DNA of 64,000 nt from Pseudogymnoascus verrucosus (GCA_001662655.1 KV460207.1); one strand, 5' to 3'. Numbered from the stretch's first letter, positions 1 to 13,657 are shown. The notes: a model not told the origin generated them from the letters alone. Program-made: numbers and translations.

Positions 1-3000
1 CTCCTGAAGAAGTAGATGCGTCAGCCTGGAATAATGTCACTTCGCGCTTAAATGTCATCTCTAGCAGCCCTCCGACAGACACCAGGACTTACGGGAAGAT
101 GGACTACAAAGATGCAATTGAGGGAGACGGAAGTTTGAACATGTTCTGGACAGACTATACCGAAGTGCATGGCAGCCTCTGCCTTTTCGGAAAAGTCAAA
201 AACAAGAAGACTGGCGAGTATGTCAGCTGCTTTCTCAAAGTTGACAATATTCTACGGAAGGTATTCTTTCTGCCGCGAGACAACCTGTATAAGCATGGCA
301 GGGAAACCTCCGAGGAAGTGAGCATGGAGGACGTCTACAAAGAGGTTGACTCTATTATGACACGGATGAAGGTTGGTATGCACAAGATCAAGCCTTGCTC
401 AAGGAAGTACGCCTTCGAACTCGAAGATGTACCGAAAGAGGGCGAATATCTCAAACTGCTTTATCCTTACAATAAGCCTGCCCTGCCAATCGACCTGACT
501 GGCGATACCTTCTCACATACTTTCGGGACCAACACTTCGATATTCGAACAGTTCGTATTGTGGAAGAATGTTATGGGTCCATGTTGGTTGAAGATTGAAG
601 ACGCCGACTTCACCTTCCTCAACAATGCCTCTCACTGCAAGCTTGAAGTCCAAGTGACCACACCTAATCTTATCACCCCTCTGACGGAGTCGGACAGCAT
701 GGAGCCTCCTCCATTGACCCTTATGAGTCTTGCCATGAGAACAACCTTGAATGCCAAGGACAACAAGCAAGAGATTTTAGCCATCAGCGCGCGTATTTAC
801 GAAAACATCTCTCTTAACGACACAACGCCAGCGGAGCAGATCCCCTCCCGAACCATCACAATAATTCGACCTGTTGGCTCTTCTTTCCCTCTGGGATTCG
901 AAGATCTCATCAAGAAGAAGAGCCGGGGCCTGGTCAAACTGTGCAGACAAGAACCGGAGATTCTCAGTTTCTTCTTGGCACAGCTTGATAGGGTCGACCC
1001 TGATGTCATTCTTGGCCACCAGCTCGAAGGTGTCGACTACAGCATTCTGCTCAGTCGCCTTCAGACTAGAAAGACGCCCGGATGGTCTAGGATCGGAAGA
1101 TTTAAGCGCAGCGACTGGCCAGGCTCTATGGGCAAGATTGGAGGAAACTTCTTCGCTGAACGCTCGTTGATTTCTGGACGTTTGCTTTGCGATCTTGCTA
1201 ACGATGCTGGTAAATCGACAATGACAAAGTGTCAGTCCTGGAGTCTCACTGAAATGTGCAACCTCTACCTTAGTAGTGGCAACAACGTCCGCAGAGAGGT
1301 CGATAACGAAGTGGCGTTGAAGACATGGGCCTGCACCAGGGATGGTTTGGTAGACTATATCGGCCACTGCGAGGCAGACACATATTTCATTGCCGCATTG
1401 GCTCTGAAAGTGCAGATGCTGCCACTCACAAAGGTCCTCACAAATTTGGCTGGAAACTCTTGGGCAAGGACACTTACGGGTACCCGTGCGGAGAGAAACG
1501 AGTACATTTTACTACACGAATTCCACCGCAATAAGTACATTGTTCCTGACAAGGCTCCATTCAAGGGTAGACCCAAGACAGAGCAACAAGACCAGGACGA
1601 GGAGGGCGGAGACGCGAAAAAGAAGGACAAATATAAGGGTGGTTTAGTCTTTGAGCCCGAAAAGGGGCTTTACGACAAATTTGTGCTGGTCATGGATTTC
1701 AACTCCCTCTATCCTAGTATCATTCAAGAGTACAACATCTGCTTCACAACAGTCGACCGAACAACAATTTCAGATGATGAAGATAAGGTGCCAGAAGTCC
1801 CTGTCGACCAGGACCAAGGTATCCTTCCAAAGCTGATCGCAACTCTTGTTGGTCGCCGTCGCCAAGTCAAGAGCCTGATGAAGGACAAGTCCGCAACCTC
1901 GGAGCAGCTGGCGACGTGGGATATCAAGCAGTTGGCTCTGAAGCTCACAGCTAATTCTATGTACGGTTGTCTTGGATACACCAAGTCGCGCTTCTATGCC
2001 CGCCCTCTAGCTGTTTTGACGACCTACAAGGGTCGTGAGATTCTCCGCAGCACCAAAGAGTTGGCAGAGAGCAAGTCGTTACAGGTCATCTACGGAGATA
2101 CAGATTCGGTCATGATCAATGCAAACGTGGACAATGTCGCCGACGCCCTCAAGGTCGGCCACGAGTTCAAGCGCGCTGTCAATGACAGGTACAAGCTCCT
2201 TGAGATCGACATTGATAACGTATTCCGCCGCATTCTCCTCCAAGCCAAGAAGAAGTATGCAGCAATCAACCTTCTCGAGGTCGACGGCAAGTTTGTCGAG
2301 AAGATGGAAGTCAAGGGTCTCGACATGAAGCGCAGAGAATACTGCGCCCTCTCCAAAGAAGTCTCCTCCAAACTCCTGAACGAGATTCTCTCCGGCGAAG
2401 AGACGGAGATCGTCATAACACGCATCCACGACTACCTCCGCGAGATCTCAGGCAAAATGAGGGAAGACCTCATCCCCCTGCAGAAATACACCATCTACAC
2501 CAAGCTCGGAAAGGACCCCAAGGACTACCCCAACGCCGACTCCATGCCCCAAGTCCAAGTCGCTCTCCGCGAGCTCGCCCGCGGCAAGACCATCCGCAAA
2601 GACGACGTCATCGCCTACATCGTCACCGGCGACGGCAAATCCGCCAACGAACCCGCAGCGAAACGCTCCTACACCCCCGCAGACGTCATGAAAGCCGACT
2701 CAGACCTTAAGGCGGACGCAGAGTGGTACCTTTACAAGCAGATCTTCCCCCCCGTCGAGCGTCTCTGCGCGAACATCGTAGGCACGGATTCCATGCGCCT
2801 AGCCGACTGTCTGGGCCTCGACGTGCGTAAATACAGCATCAACAATAACGTTTCCAGCGGCGGCACCGAGACAGAAATCCACCCGCTTGAATCCCAGATC
2901 GAAGACGAAGTCCGCTTCAAAGACGCAGCGCGACTGCAACTCAGCTGCCGAGTATGCAAAGGCACCTTCGACTTCGAGGGACTCCTTGGCAGCCTGGACA

Positions 3001-3522
3001 GCGTGTCGCCGAACGGGATTACGTGTCGTTGCGGGGCGACGCTGCGGAATCTGGCGGTGCTGGCGCAGCTGGAGCATCGGATTCGGCTGGAGACGGCGAG
3101 GTATTATGAGGGCTGGTTGGTGTGTGATGATCAGGCTTGTGGTGCGAGGACGAGGCAGATGAGTGTTTATGGGCATAGGTGTTTGGGGCCGAGGGGGCTG
3201 GGACAGGGGTGTTTGGGGAGGATGGGGTATGAGTATTCGGAGAAGGCGATGTATAATCAGTTGCTTTATTTTTCGAGCTTGTTTGATGTGGAGAAGGCGA
3301 AGGAGAAGTGTGGGGGGACTGATAGGGGTGAGTTATTCTGGTTTTGGAGTGGCGCGACTTTGTGGACTTTACTAACTGGCTTTGATAGATCAAGTACTGG
3401 CGCTGGGAGAACATAACAGGGCGAGGTTTGATACGCTGAAGGGCGTGGTGGAGAGGTATCTGGATAAGTGTGGGAGACAGTGGGTTGCGATGGATAGCTT
3501 GTTTGGGAAGCTGGGGTGTTGA
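1..3522 (+). CDS. POL1: DNA polymerase alpha catalytic subunit (5' end outside window)
   Basis: B-family motifs DFNSLYPSII, KLTANSMYGCLG and YGDTDS, plus C-terminal CxxC zinc modules. Intron 3328-3388 (GTGAGT..CTAAC..TAG) joins a last exon ending ...GRQWVAMDSLFGKLGC* at 3522. Confidence 0.97.
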
Positions 3523-4092
3523 CCGTGAGAGTTATAATGAGGGTGGGGTTTTATGATTGAAACATGCATTTTGTATTTCCTGGGCGTTGGAGGAGCGATG
3601 GGATGTGGGTTTTTAATGCCCTGTCTGGATAGGCAAATATGAGTATGATGTTTTACAGATTTGTACGGGGGTTACCATTGAGAGTGTGTGTCTCGTAGAT
3701 AGGTGGTGCGAGAGAGGCGTTGGTATTTGTTGTGAGCTGGCAATATTATCTTACCATCGCTCTATTTATCATTCTATATCCTTTTAACTATGATTGCCAA
3801 TACTTGCAGAAGTCCAAGGGAAACCCAAAACCTAACGTGATTATCAACGATAACTACCCAACTGGCCATTTTTGTGGAGCCACCTCAGGAGTACCTCCCA
3901 TACTGCCACCCCCGACCGCCCCCATCACAACCAAATCAGGCATAACCCCCCTTCCAAAGTTACCGCAATGTGGCATGAGTAGAAATAAATAACCTCCCAC
4001 CACACCACCCATTGAAAATCCGCCCATACCCCCTCCCCCCTCCTCCCTTCCCTCAATTCCTCTTTAGATTCCGCCCTCAACACACACCCACA

Positions 4093-5479
4093 ATGGCGCG
4101 CCACAAACAAGCAACACCCCTCCGCCGCGAGGTCTCTTCCGAATACACGAGCAGCGCAGACCGCGTCGGCACACCTACCAAGATATCTCGAACACTCGAT
4201 TCTCCTGCCGCTGCTGCGGCGCCGATGAAAGTGAATGGGCGTGTTAATGGCGCTGTCGTCGCCCCGGCGGTGGCAGTGAAGGTGGAGAAGAAGAAACAGG
4301 CTGGGTTGGTGGAATTGGTTATTGGAGTTGCGGGGATTTATGCTTCTTTGTACGTTCCCCCTCACTCACCCCATCTCACAACAGAAGAAGTGGGAAGAGA
4401 AGAAGAAGAGGAAGAAGAGAGACTAATGTTATTATCACAGCCTAACCTGGGCACTCCTCCAAGAACGCCTAACAACAACCCCCTACGGGCCCCCCACCGC
4501 CCCCGAAGTCTTCAAATTCCCCATCGTCCTAAACACAATCCAATCCCTCTTCGCCGTCCTCACCGGGCTCCTCTACCTCCACCTCTCGCGCCCCGCCGGT
4601 CAGCCCACCCCCGCCATCTTCCCCACGCGCGCCATCACTCTCCCCCTCGCCGCCGTGGCCCTGACGGCGTCTCTGGCGAGTCCGTTTGGGTATGCGAGTT
4701 TGGCGCATATCGATTATATTACCTTCATCTTGGCTAAATCGTGTAAATTGCTACCGGTGATGTTTCTCCACGTTACGCTGTTTGGGAGAAGGTATCCCTG
4801 GTATAAATACCTCGTCGTTTTCACCGTCACAGCCGGCGTCGCGGTATTCACTCTCCACGCCTCGTCTGCAAAGAAACACGCCTCGAAAGCCGGCGCGGAG
4901 GAGAAGAATAGGGCATGGGGACTGCTGATGTTGGGTGTCAACCTGCTCCTTGACGGATTGACGAATACGACACAAGATTATATTTTTAAGACTTTCCAGC
5001 CCTACTCCGGTCCGCAAATGATGTGCGCAACAAACATCCTCGCCTCCGCCCTCACCATCTCCTACTTATTGATCTCCCCCCTCATCGCCACCACACCCCT
5101 AGGGATCTATCTGGGCCTCGACCTCACCAGCGCCGCCACCGGCGGAGAAGTCCTCACCGCGCTCTCCTTCCTCAACCGCAACCCGGCAGCCTGGGTCGAC
5201 GTACTTGGTTTCGCGGCGTGTGGAGCGGTGGGGCAGTTGTTTATTTTCTACACGCTGAGTGTGTTTGATAGTGTGCTCCTGGTTACGGTCACGGTGACGA
5301 GGAAGATGTGTACGATGGTGTTGAGTGTGCTTTGGTTTGGACATCGGTTGAGTGCGGGGCAGTGGGTGGGGGTGGGGTTGGTGTTTGGGGGGGTGGGAGG
5401 GGAGGGGTGGATGGCGAGGAGGGAGAAGAGGATGAAGTTTGAGGGGGCAAAGGAGGGGGAGGGGAAGAAGGAGTTGTAG
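4093..5479 (+). CDS. HUT1: UDP-galactose transporter homolog (UAA/SLC35B family)
   Basis: ATG at 4093; intron 4350-4440 (GTACGT..CTAAT..CAG). Motifs GIYASFLTWALLQER, LAKSCKLLPVM, DGLTNTTQD and VTVTRKM; C-terminal KKEL dilysine-type end. Confidence 0.92.
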
Positions 5480-8400
5480 AGGAGGGGTGTTGTGCTGGAG
5501 TTTTGAGGAGGGGGCCCGAGGAGAGAGAGAAAAGGGGAGGGGGGGATGAGGGGTGGGAAAAGGAAAAAGGGGTGAAAAGGGATGATTGTATATACCGTGC
5601 CATTTCCGCATTATAAGGAGTTTAGCAGACAGAAGGACAGACAGATAGACGGAACAGAGAACGATAGAGCACACATTTCTCTCCTATCAGCGAATACGTA
5701 GTGTCTTTTCATTAGCATGCATGGGATCCGAGTCTGTCTGTTTATTTACGCTTGAGGGAGGTCACGGGATTGGCACCTCAGATTACAAAGTTGAACGTTG
5801 GCAGTAGTTCCTCCTCGTATCGCGCATGTGCCACCCTCCTCTCTCCATCATTTCTATCATTCCTCGTACAACTAACTACCTTCGTAAAATACAGTAAGAC
5901 ACCCACTCGTATACTAAACACATCGTGACAGTGGAGATCACAAACCACACTCACGCGCGCTCTACAGGGGCGTGTCTCTCCAGCGATACCGCCGTAGAAG
6001 CCACCTACCTGCCACCTCCATCGCCGCCGCACGAATCTTGCCCGCCACGCTAACACGATAAACTATACTTCTTCTTCCAGAAGCAAGGCAAGTAAGCAAA
6101 GCCCGTCCCGTCCCTTGGAAATGACGTGCGCTGTTCGCGTTGTGTAGTAAAGAACGAAGGAAGGAAGGGAAGCGGGAAAGTGTGAAGCCGAAATGAGATT
6201 AGGATCGCCTACCTCCCACGTTGAAATCCTGTGTGTTCTCTGGTGGTGGCGCTGATCATACGGGTTTGGTGGGCGATCGGCGAGGGGGCGGACGCAGGTA
6301 CGGAACGCCACGCTATGGTGGAGGGAAGATGGATTGGTGTTGGGGGTTTGGGGGGTTTGGGGAGTTTGGCTTGTGATTATGGTCACGGTAGAGTAGGATG
6401 ATTACTCTGGTGTTGTGATTATGGAGTTCTATAATTATGGAGTCTGGAGTATGGAGAAAGGGACGCGCAAATCGACGACGCGGTAATCCAGGCGTAGTAG
6501 TCGCGTGCGTTGCGTTGCGTGTGCTGCGTGGCGTCATCACCTCTATTTTTCTACCTTATACCGTGCTCTTGTCTCTGCTAAAAATATGCTACAGTTTCAT
6601 CCCCCCCTAGACTGTAATTTTAGATAAAAAATACTGCGCGTTTCAGATTTTTGCGGTGAGGACTGGGAATGGTAATATGTGTAATTTCGGGACATTAATA
6701 TTCAGCGGCGGTGACGGAGTGAGGCGGTTTTTTTTATTAGGGTAGGTAGGGTAGGATTTCTAGGGTGTTCTTGTTTCGGTGCTTTTTTTACGCTTTGGCG
6801 CTTTGGCGGCGGTGGGGATGGCATGGGGGATTGTCTTCGCGTGGTGAGCGTGATGAGGGACCAGAGTTCACGGTTCACGTGGAGGATCAATCACCCTTCC
6901 CTTCCCTTACCATGCTCCTACTATGATGATAGCGTACGTAGCAGTAAGGATGCTGAGAAAGTCATAACAAGCATGTGACGAAAAACCATCTGATCGTTTG
7001 CAGCGTCCCCCTCCTGAAACATCGCCATGGCAATTTTGAGTAGACACACACGGACATGGAAATTAAGAAGGGGAGGAGATAAGACCCGACTTGGGAATTC
7101 CCTGGTTCCGTCTGTCTGTGCTTGTGTGTTTTGTGCCGGTCCGGTTACGGTAGAGTTATATGGGTAGGGTTATATTTTTATACTTTCTTCCGGCGGGTAG
7201 TCCCGTGGGGAGAGGCGTTTGTGTTGTGTTGGTTATGCGAGATGGGAGATGTGAGGGAGATGTGGCTTTTGAGATAGGGTGCTGTGATGAGATGTGATTG
7301 ATGTGATAGAAGTGTGAGGCTGGCTGCAGGTGACGGGCCAAGATACTGTATTGAGGATTTGTTGTGAAGGGGTTTGGCTGGAGAGAGATAGCGTATGGTA
7401 AGGGTTTGTTTGTGTAGGCTGTCCAGTGGGTTCGTTCGTAAGTACCTTTCCGCTTGCCGCAGTGCGGGAGTATACATAACCGTTTTCATCCCCCCATCCT
7501 CCTCCAGCACCCACTCACTCCTAAATCCCTTCTTCCCCATCCGTCTCCCTCTACCCACTCTCCACTCACTCCTTCGGCCTATCGTCACCCCGTCCTTCAC
7601 CCTCCACCCACCCACTGTCCCTCCCCCCTTCCCATTCGCCACCCTAACCGCCCATCCCCCATCCCCCCTCCCCTGCATCCATCCATCTTTCCCTTTCCCT
7701 TACCCCCACCCCCCTGCGCTCCCGCCCGCTCACCCAGCTCCTAACTGGCCGCCTCCTACGGCTGTCCACATACGCTCCGTCCGCACCCTCCCCTGCTTTT
7801 GATGTAGTGGGGGGTTACGATTGGAGGGAGGGGATGGGGGGCTTGGGAGGCTAGGGGGTTAGCGCGGAGGTTGTGACACTGGGCTGTTTATATTTAGAAA
7901 CCCCAGCTAGGATGACCTGCCGGGGTCTGTTCGTTATTTTGCCTTCGGTGGGTAGGGGTGCACGGATCCATCTTCTGTTTCTGGAGTAGCCCGTGGCCTC
8001 TTTGTGAAGGAGGAAGCTGAGGATTAGCAGGATCAGCAGGATTGACAGTGTTAAGTGGCTTCTACTGTACTCACTAAACTTCCTTTCGCTACTGATGTAC
8101 GGATCTTCCCTCACTACGGCGTTTGAACACACGCTATTTGTCGTTCTCTCTGTACATCTAGCAGTCCTAGTAGGTGTTCGGTGGAGCACAGAAACCCACC
8201 ATGACGCTGATACTGCGACGGACAGCTGATTGAGGATACCGTAGGGTATGATTGACGGGCCTGTGTGTGTGTGTTTCTAAACGCTGCTTGCTTTCTCTGA
8301 CGTTTGATCGCTTGCGGATGGTGAGGTGGGCGGGATGTTGTCGGGGGGACGGACTGGAGTTAGGGTAGGGTAGTACTCGAGAGCCTTGAATAGCTGTGCT

Positions 8401-10105
8401 TAGGGTAAGGGAAGGAGAAGGGAAGGGTATGGGAAGGGTACACTCCGTAGGAAGGGAAAGAGAGGGTCGAAGCGGTGGATCCCTACGGTTTTTGTCTACG
8501 GAGAGTGCAGCGCGGTAGGCGACAGTTTTTGTAGGGTTGGAGGATTGAGGGATGAGTACATCTAGGCATCTAGGCATCTCATCTACTGTCTAGTAGGAAT
8601 GCTGTCATCTCTTCCCTGCTGCCTTTCTCGTACCCTGTGTATGTGTCTGTGTCTATTATGTTATGTACTGTTGCTGTAAATAAATATCCTCGTACACCCT
8701 CAGCGTGTGTGAGTACATACATACATATACTGTACTGTGCTATTCTTATCCTTCTGGCCGTTCTCGCCCTTCTCCCCCGTCCTCGTCCTGGTCCCTCCCT
8801 TGGTCCCTCTTGGTCCCTGGTTGCTGTTGGCTGTAGTAGACCGGTGGTTGGCTGTAGTCCTTGTAATCCTCCCATCCGCCTTTCTGCCTTCTGGTCATTC
8901 TGCGCGCGGCTGCTTGATGTTAGCCATACATATACTTAGAAATCCCATACATAGAAGACATACGTAGAGTACATACTAGCATACATATACCTAAACCGAT
9001 ATACCTTGTAATTACCCTACATACCCTACTGCACCAAGTACCCTGACCCTGTCTGTCTATGTACTCCGTAATGTGTGTATGTGTATGTGCGTGCGTGTGT
9101 GCCTTGACGGTCCCCGACGAATCGACGAAGGAGCGCCAAAACCTCGAACGAACGAACGGACCACCCACCACCCACCAACCACTGCCCGCCTCTCCAAACA
9201 CCACCTCCGCCTCCACCACCACCACAACTCTCTCTCTCTCGCTCTCACACACATACCACCTACAACACACTTCCACACCCACCACCAACCACCCGCCGCC
9301 TGCCTTGCCGACCCTCCTACTCGACAAGAAACGCCGAATGTCATTCCTTCTTCCTTCTCTCTAATTCTCTCCTCTAATTCCCTTCATCGCCGTCACCGAG
9401 GATATACTACTTCCACCACGACTCTCAACTATACACTACCACTACCACTAAACACACCGACACTCTGCGATCCTCGCTCACCCGCTCCAACAACCCACGG
9501 CCCTTTCATCCCTTCAGCAACAGCAATTAGAAGCGTCTCTTCGCGCGCGCATTCACGTCCCTCCTTCAACAACTAGACGCCCTCTCGACGGACGGCGCTT
9601 GTTACAAAAACTTGCCTTTCTTGTTTTCGCATCTTGTTCGTCGGTCTTACTTGCGCTGTGCGTAATTCTACCCTCGAACCCAACCTTTTGTCAACTTCAA
9701 CTTCTCTACGAAGAATTCCAACTCGTGTCAGACCAGACGAGACGGATACTGCTGGGACTTAATTGGACCCCGAATCGTGCTGTTGCTTCGAATCTTATTA
9801 ATATCGCCCTTCACACAACCGCAATCGGATTGCGCACCCGACACGACTCTACCTACACGACCCTACAACAACATCTTCCATACCTGCTGCTGCGCGACCC
9901 AGTACTTGCCATTTTGCACACATCACTCCGCGGCTGCGCGCTGCTGTAATCATACCCGGAGGACCCCTTGCTTCATTTCATCCACGTTTGCTTCGCCTTC
10001 CCAAACGCGCCTGCTTCACCCCCAAGCAACAGCCGGGGCGCATCAACACCCGCTCCCGTTTGAGCACCACGCCCGCGCCCGTCGCAGCCACTCTGTTTGC
10101 CGAGC

Positions 10106-13087
10106 ATGCCCGTTGCAGCTGGTCCGCAGGCATACCACAGCCAACAACTGCCCTCCTTCATGTCCGTCTACAGCTGCAATGCCCCTAACATGGACAGCAC
10201 CGTCTTCGTGGATTCCCCGCAGCAGCAATCACAGGTAGCAGACGCTGCCGCATCACCACAATCACCGCGGGAAGACGACAGCGCGACTGCGAGCCCCGCC
10301 GCGCTAGAACCGGAATTACAGCATAAGCACCGCGACAGCACGTCGACGCAGGCTTCTGAGTCGACGGATTCTTCGCCTACTACTACTATTTCCACCGCCG
10401 ACTCGTCGGCCCTCACAGACCCGTCGCCCAGCTCGTCGCCGGAGTCACCAGTCATCATCCTCCCCCTCTCCTCCTTCTCCTCCAAGGGCTTCGGAATCCA
10501 CTCCCTCGACGACCTAACCATGTCCGACAACCCCATAATAATCCGCGACCCCTTCGACCGCCCCATGACCTCTCCTTCGCCCCGGAAACCACGAAACGCA
10601 AAGGGCCTAGCATTGAAGCTCGGCTCGCTCGATCCGCTCGTCCAGGTATCCGCCCCAGCATCACCTATGGCCTTCGTCAAGCCGCCGCTGCCGAAACCGA
10701 GGAAGAAGCCGAGCAACCTCAGCTTGCAGACGTCGTCGAATTTCGCGGGGAATACACTGGCCCTACCTTCGCTCTCCCTGGAGCCGCCGCCGACGCCCGC
10801 GGGACTGAGGGTGACGACGCTGCATCACGCGGCGTCGACGTCGGATATGGGTATGTTCAGCCCGGATCTGAGGAGTAGCATGGCTGGGCCCCAGGGCGGG
10901 ATGAGGTTACCTGGCTTTGAGCGCTCGCAGATTTCGGGGCTGTCAAATGCATTCCGCAAACCGACGCCGATTCTAGAATCGAGGGCCACTGGGGGGCAGC
11001 AGCACAAGATCGAGGAGATCTCGCCGATCCGGACGCAGCTTGCGACGAGGTCGGGGGGGGATATTGGGGGGGATACTTTTGATTGTGCCGCGAATGAGGA
11101 TGTCAAGTCGCCGGGTTATCCGGATGGGCCGATTGCGATTTATGAGCCGTATGTCTTCCTCTACCTCGAGCCGAGCGCGGAGGAGGCGGCGGAGTTTGAT
11201 GTGGTCATGAATGTGGCGTCTGAAGTCAAGAATCCGTTTAAAGCCAAGCAGGCGTTGGAAGAAGCTAAGAGTCAGGTTGCTGCGGAGCCGTTGAAGTCGT
11301 TCGACGCAATGGACATCGATCGCGACAGTCCTCCCATGACGGGGGCATCAATGGCCACCTTCACCACCGCCTTTGAAGTCCAACCCCTCGACTCCTCAAC
11401 CCCAACCGAGACATCCCCGACAACGCCCAAACCATTATCCAAAGAACCGGAATACATCCACATCCCCTGGGAGCACAACACCGACATCTCCAAAGACCTG
11501 CTCGCCCTGTGCGAAACCATCGACAACCGCGTCACCCACGGCAAGAAGGTGCTCATCCACTGCCAGCAGGGCGCCAGCCGCTCCGCTTCCCTCATTATCG
11601 CGTACGGCATGTATCGCAACCCCTCTCTCACCGTCGACGCGGCGTACAACGCTGCCCAGGCGAAGAGTAAATACGTCAGCCCCAACATCAGCCTCATGTA
11701 CGCCCTCCAAGACTTCCGCAAAACCCTGCAAGCGCGACAGAACTCCAAGATGGGCAGAAGTCCAAATAAACACCGCATGGCCCTATCCGTCGACGAGATC
11801 GACTTCAACGGCGGGGGAAGCAATAAGGAGAGCCCGAGAACGGCGCCACTGCCGTCGGATCCGAGTAGTCGCAGTTCCCCAACCATCGGGACGCCGCCGC
11901 ACGTGAGGGGGAACTCGACGCCGGATCTGAGGGGCTTGTCGCCGGGGCCGTCGTCGGCGCCGTCGTTTACGTGGCCCGAGGGAGACCCGAAGAGTATGTT
12001 ACCGGCTGGTCCGTTATCTGATTCGGGGGCGAGACCAAGGGTTTTTGGGTTTGGGGATTATAGGGGGGGGAGTCTTGCACCGCCTACGCTTGCGCCTCCG
12101 CCGGCAGTGGTGGCGAAGATTGCTCCTCCAGTTGTAGCCGCTCCACCTCAACCAGCGATGGTGGAGGAATCGGTGGTGAAGCAAACACAACAGCACCACT
12201 CCACCCCCTCCGACCTCCCGGCGCCCACCTTCCCAACCCGCTACTCCAGCATCCCACACCACCCACAAACTCCCCTCGATACACCACCCAACTCCCAACC
12301 CGCCTCCCCGCCAACACTAAAAGGCTTCGCAGCCCACCGCGACGAACACACCGCTAAGCGCAAGGCTGCGCCGTCACTTACCTTCAAGCCCGCCCATCCG
12401 CTGCGCGCAGCACCTTCTCTTCCAAACTTTGGCAGGGTAGCGCAGCCAACCTATCCGCCCCCCGCCATCCCATCGCCGACGCTGTGGTCGCCGCGTCTAC
12501 CGGAGGCGCCGGTGGTGGAGGCGGCGCTTTGGTCGCCGAGGTTACCTGCTTCGAGCTTCCAACTCCCCACCCTGTCTGCTGCTGCTCCGTTGCCGAGTTT
12601 CTTCGAACCCCAACAATTACAACCGCAGCCATTCTCCTTCACCGCGCACCAACGACCTAAAACCGCTATCGCGAACAATATCACAGCCGTGCCTCCACCC
12701 TTCCACCACACTCTCCCCACCCTCCACACAATCCAAACAGACAACACCACCCCACCACCACCCACCCTCATGTCCCCCACAGTAGGAGACTTCGGCATCC
12801 AACCCTTCGCGGAGGTGTATGAGGCGGACCCCGGGATGGAGAGGTTGCAGCGGGAACCGGGGTTTAGGAAGAAGAAGAGTGCGGTTTTTGTTAAGGGGGG
12901 GATGGGGGAGAAAGGGTTACCGCCGATACCGGGGATGGTGAATGTGGGGGGGTTTGGGAGTTTGGGGGGGATGTTGGGGGGAGGGAGGGAGGAAAAGGAG
13001 AGGGAAGAGGTGATTGTGGATCCGAGGAGTCCGGGGGTGGGGAGCTGGGGGGAGGGGGTGGTGAGGAGTATTGATGATATTCTTTAA
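10106..13087 (+). CDS. MSG5: Dual-specificity MAPK phosphatase (Msg5/Pmp1 type) with long Pro/Ser-rich extensions
   Basis: PTP signature VLIHCQQGASRSASL, the YPDGPIAIYEPYVFLY motif, SPNISLM and the docking-like RNAKGLAL motif. First in-frame ATG at 10106. Confidence 0.85.
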   Translation: MPVAAGPQAYHSQQLPSFMSVYSCNAPNMDSTVFVDSPQQQSQVADAAASPQSPREDDSATASPAALEPELQHKHRDSTSTQASESTDSSPTTTISTADSSALTDPSPSSSPESPVIILPLSSFSSKGFGIHSLDDLTMSDNPIIIRDPFDRPMTSPSPRKPRNAKGLALKLGSLDPLVQVSAPASPMAFVKPPLPKPRKKPSNLSLQTSSNFAGNTLALPSLSLEPPPTPAGLRVTTLHHAASTSDMGMFSPDLRSSMAGPQGGMRLPGFERSQISGLSNAFRKPTPILESRATGGQQHKIEEISPIRTQLATRSGGDIGGDTFDCAANEDVKSPGYPDGPIAIYEPYVFLYLEPSAEEAAEFDVVMNVASEVKNPFKAKQALEEAKSQVAAEPLKSFDAMDIDRDSPPMTGASMATFTTAFEVQPLDSSTPTETSPTTPKPLSKEPEYIHIPWEHNTDISKDLLALCETIDNRVTHGKKVLIHCQQGASRSASLIIAYGMYRNPSLTVDAAYNAAQAKSKYVSPNISLMYALQDFRKTLQARQNSKMGRSPNKHRMALSVDEIDFNGGGSNKESPRTAPLPSDPSSRSSPTIGTPPHVRGNSTPDLRGLSPGPSSAPSFTWPEGDPKSMLPAGPLSDSGARPRVFGFGDYRGGSLAPPTLAPPPAVVAKIAPPVVAAPPQPAMVEESVVKQTQQHHSTPSDLPAPTFPTRYSSIPHHPQTPLDTPPNSQPASPPTLKGFAAHRDEHTAKRKAAPSLTFKPAHPLRAAPSLPNFGRVAQPTYPPPAIPSPTLWSPRLPEAPVVEAALWSPRLPASSFQLPTLSAAAPLPSFFEPQQLQPQPFSFTAHQRPKTAIANNITAVPPPFHHTLPTLHTIQTDNTTPPPPTLMSPTVGDFGIQPFAEVYEADPGMERLQREPGFRKKKSAVFVKGGMGEKGLPPIPGMVNVGGFGSLGGMLGGGREEKEREEVIVDPRSPGVGSWGEGVVRSIDDIL

Positions 13088-13627
13088 CCACCTTTCCCTC
13101 TCTCCCCTTCTCCCTACCTCCTCCCTCTTTTCCCGCACCTTGAGGTCTGGGGAGATAAGACGGGATATACCGCCCTGACAAAACGGTCACGGCGGTGCAA
13201 CAACAAAAAGGGGGATGGTGAGAATAGTGCTATCCCCCCAGGTCTTTTGAGGGGGTAGTGGATTTGGATTGGAAATTCCGTCTACTACCACACCCCCCGT
13301 TAAAAGAGATTTAAAGGCGAAAATCTTGTTCGGCGTTGCGTGTGTGAACGCAGGCGGCTCAAGGGTGGATCCATTCGTTTTTTTAGCATGAGCGCGGCGT
13401 TTTTTCTCTTTTTTTGTTTCATTTGTTATTGGGTGTGTGTGGGAAATAAGGAATGGATAGGGGTATTGGGTATTGGTTATTGGTTATTCGGAAAGAGGAG
13501 GGGGGAGGGAAAAGGGGGTTGTATATTTTTAGGAGTGTGTGGAAAGGGAGGTGGGATGGGGGGGAAGGGGGGTAACATATACCATATTTTTCGCTATTTA
13601 GGGGGAGCCGTAAATGGCCATGGTGGG

Positions 13628-13657
13628 GTAGGATAGGAATAGGAATAGGAATAGGAA
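13628..13657 (+). repeat. (TAGGAA)n hexamer microsatellite at the left edge of the accessory island
   Basis: taggataggaataggaataggaataggaaa seen directly. Confidence 0.7.

Noticed and set aside
513..3414. Many antisense and alternate-frame ORFs over POL1, and similarly over other genes
   Set aside because: These are shadow ORFs arising from codon bias and have no recognisable motifs.
7850..8470. TTAGGG-like G-rich words as interstitial telomere
   Set aside because: They are scattered single words within G-rich tracts, not a tandem array.
5099..9949. Pro/His/Gly-rich ORFs in the HUT1-MSG5 interval
   Set aside because: They are translations of C-rich/G-rich low-complexity DNA, with no domain or splice support.
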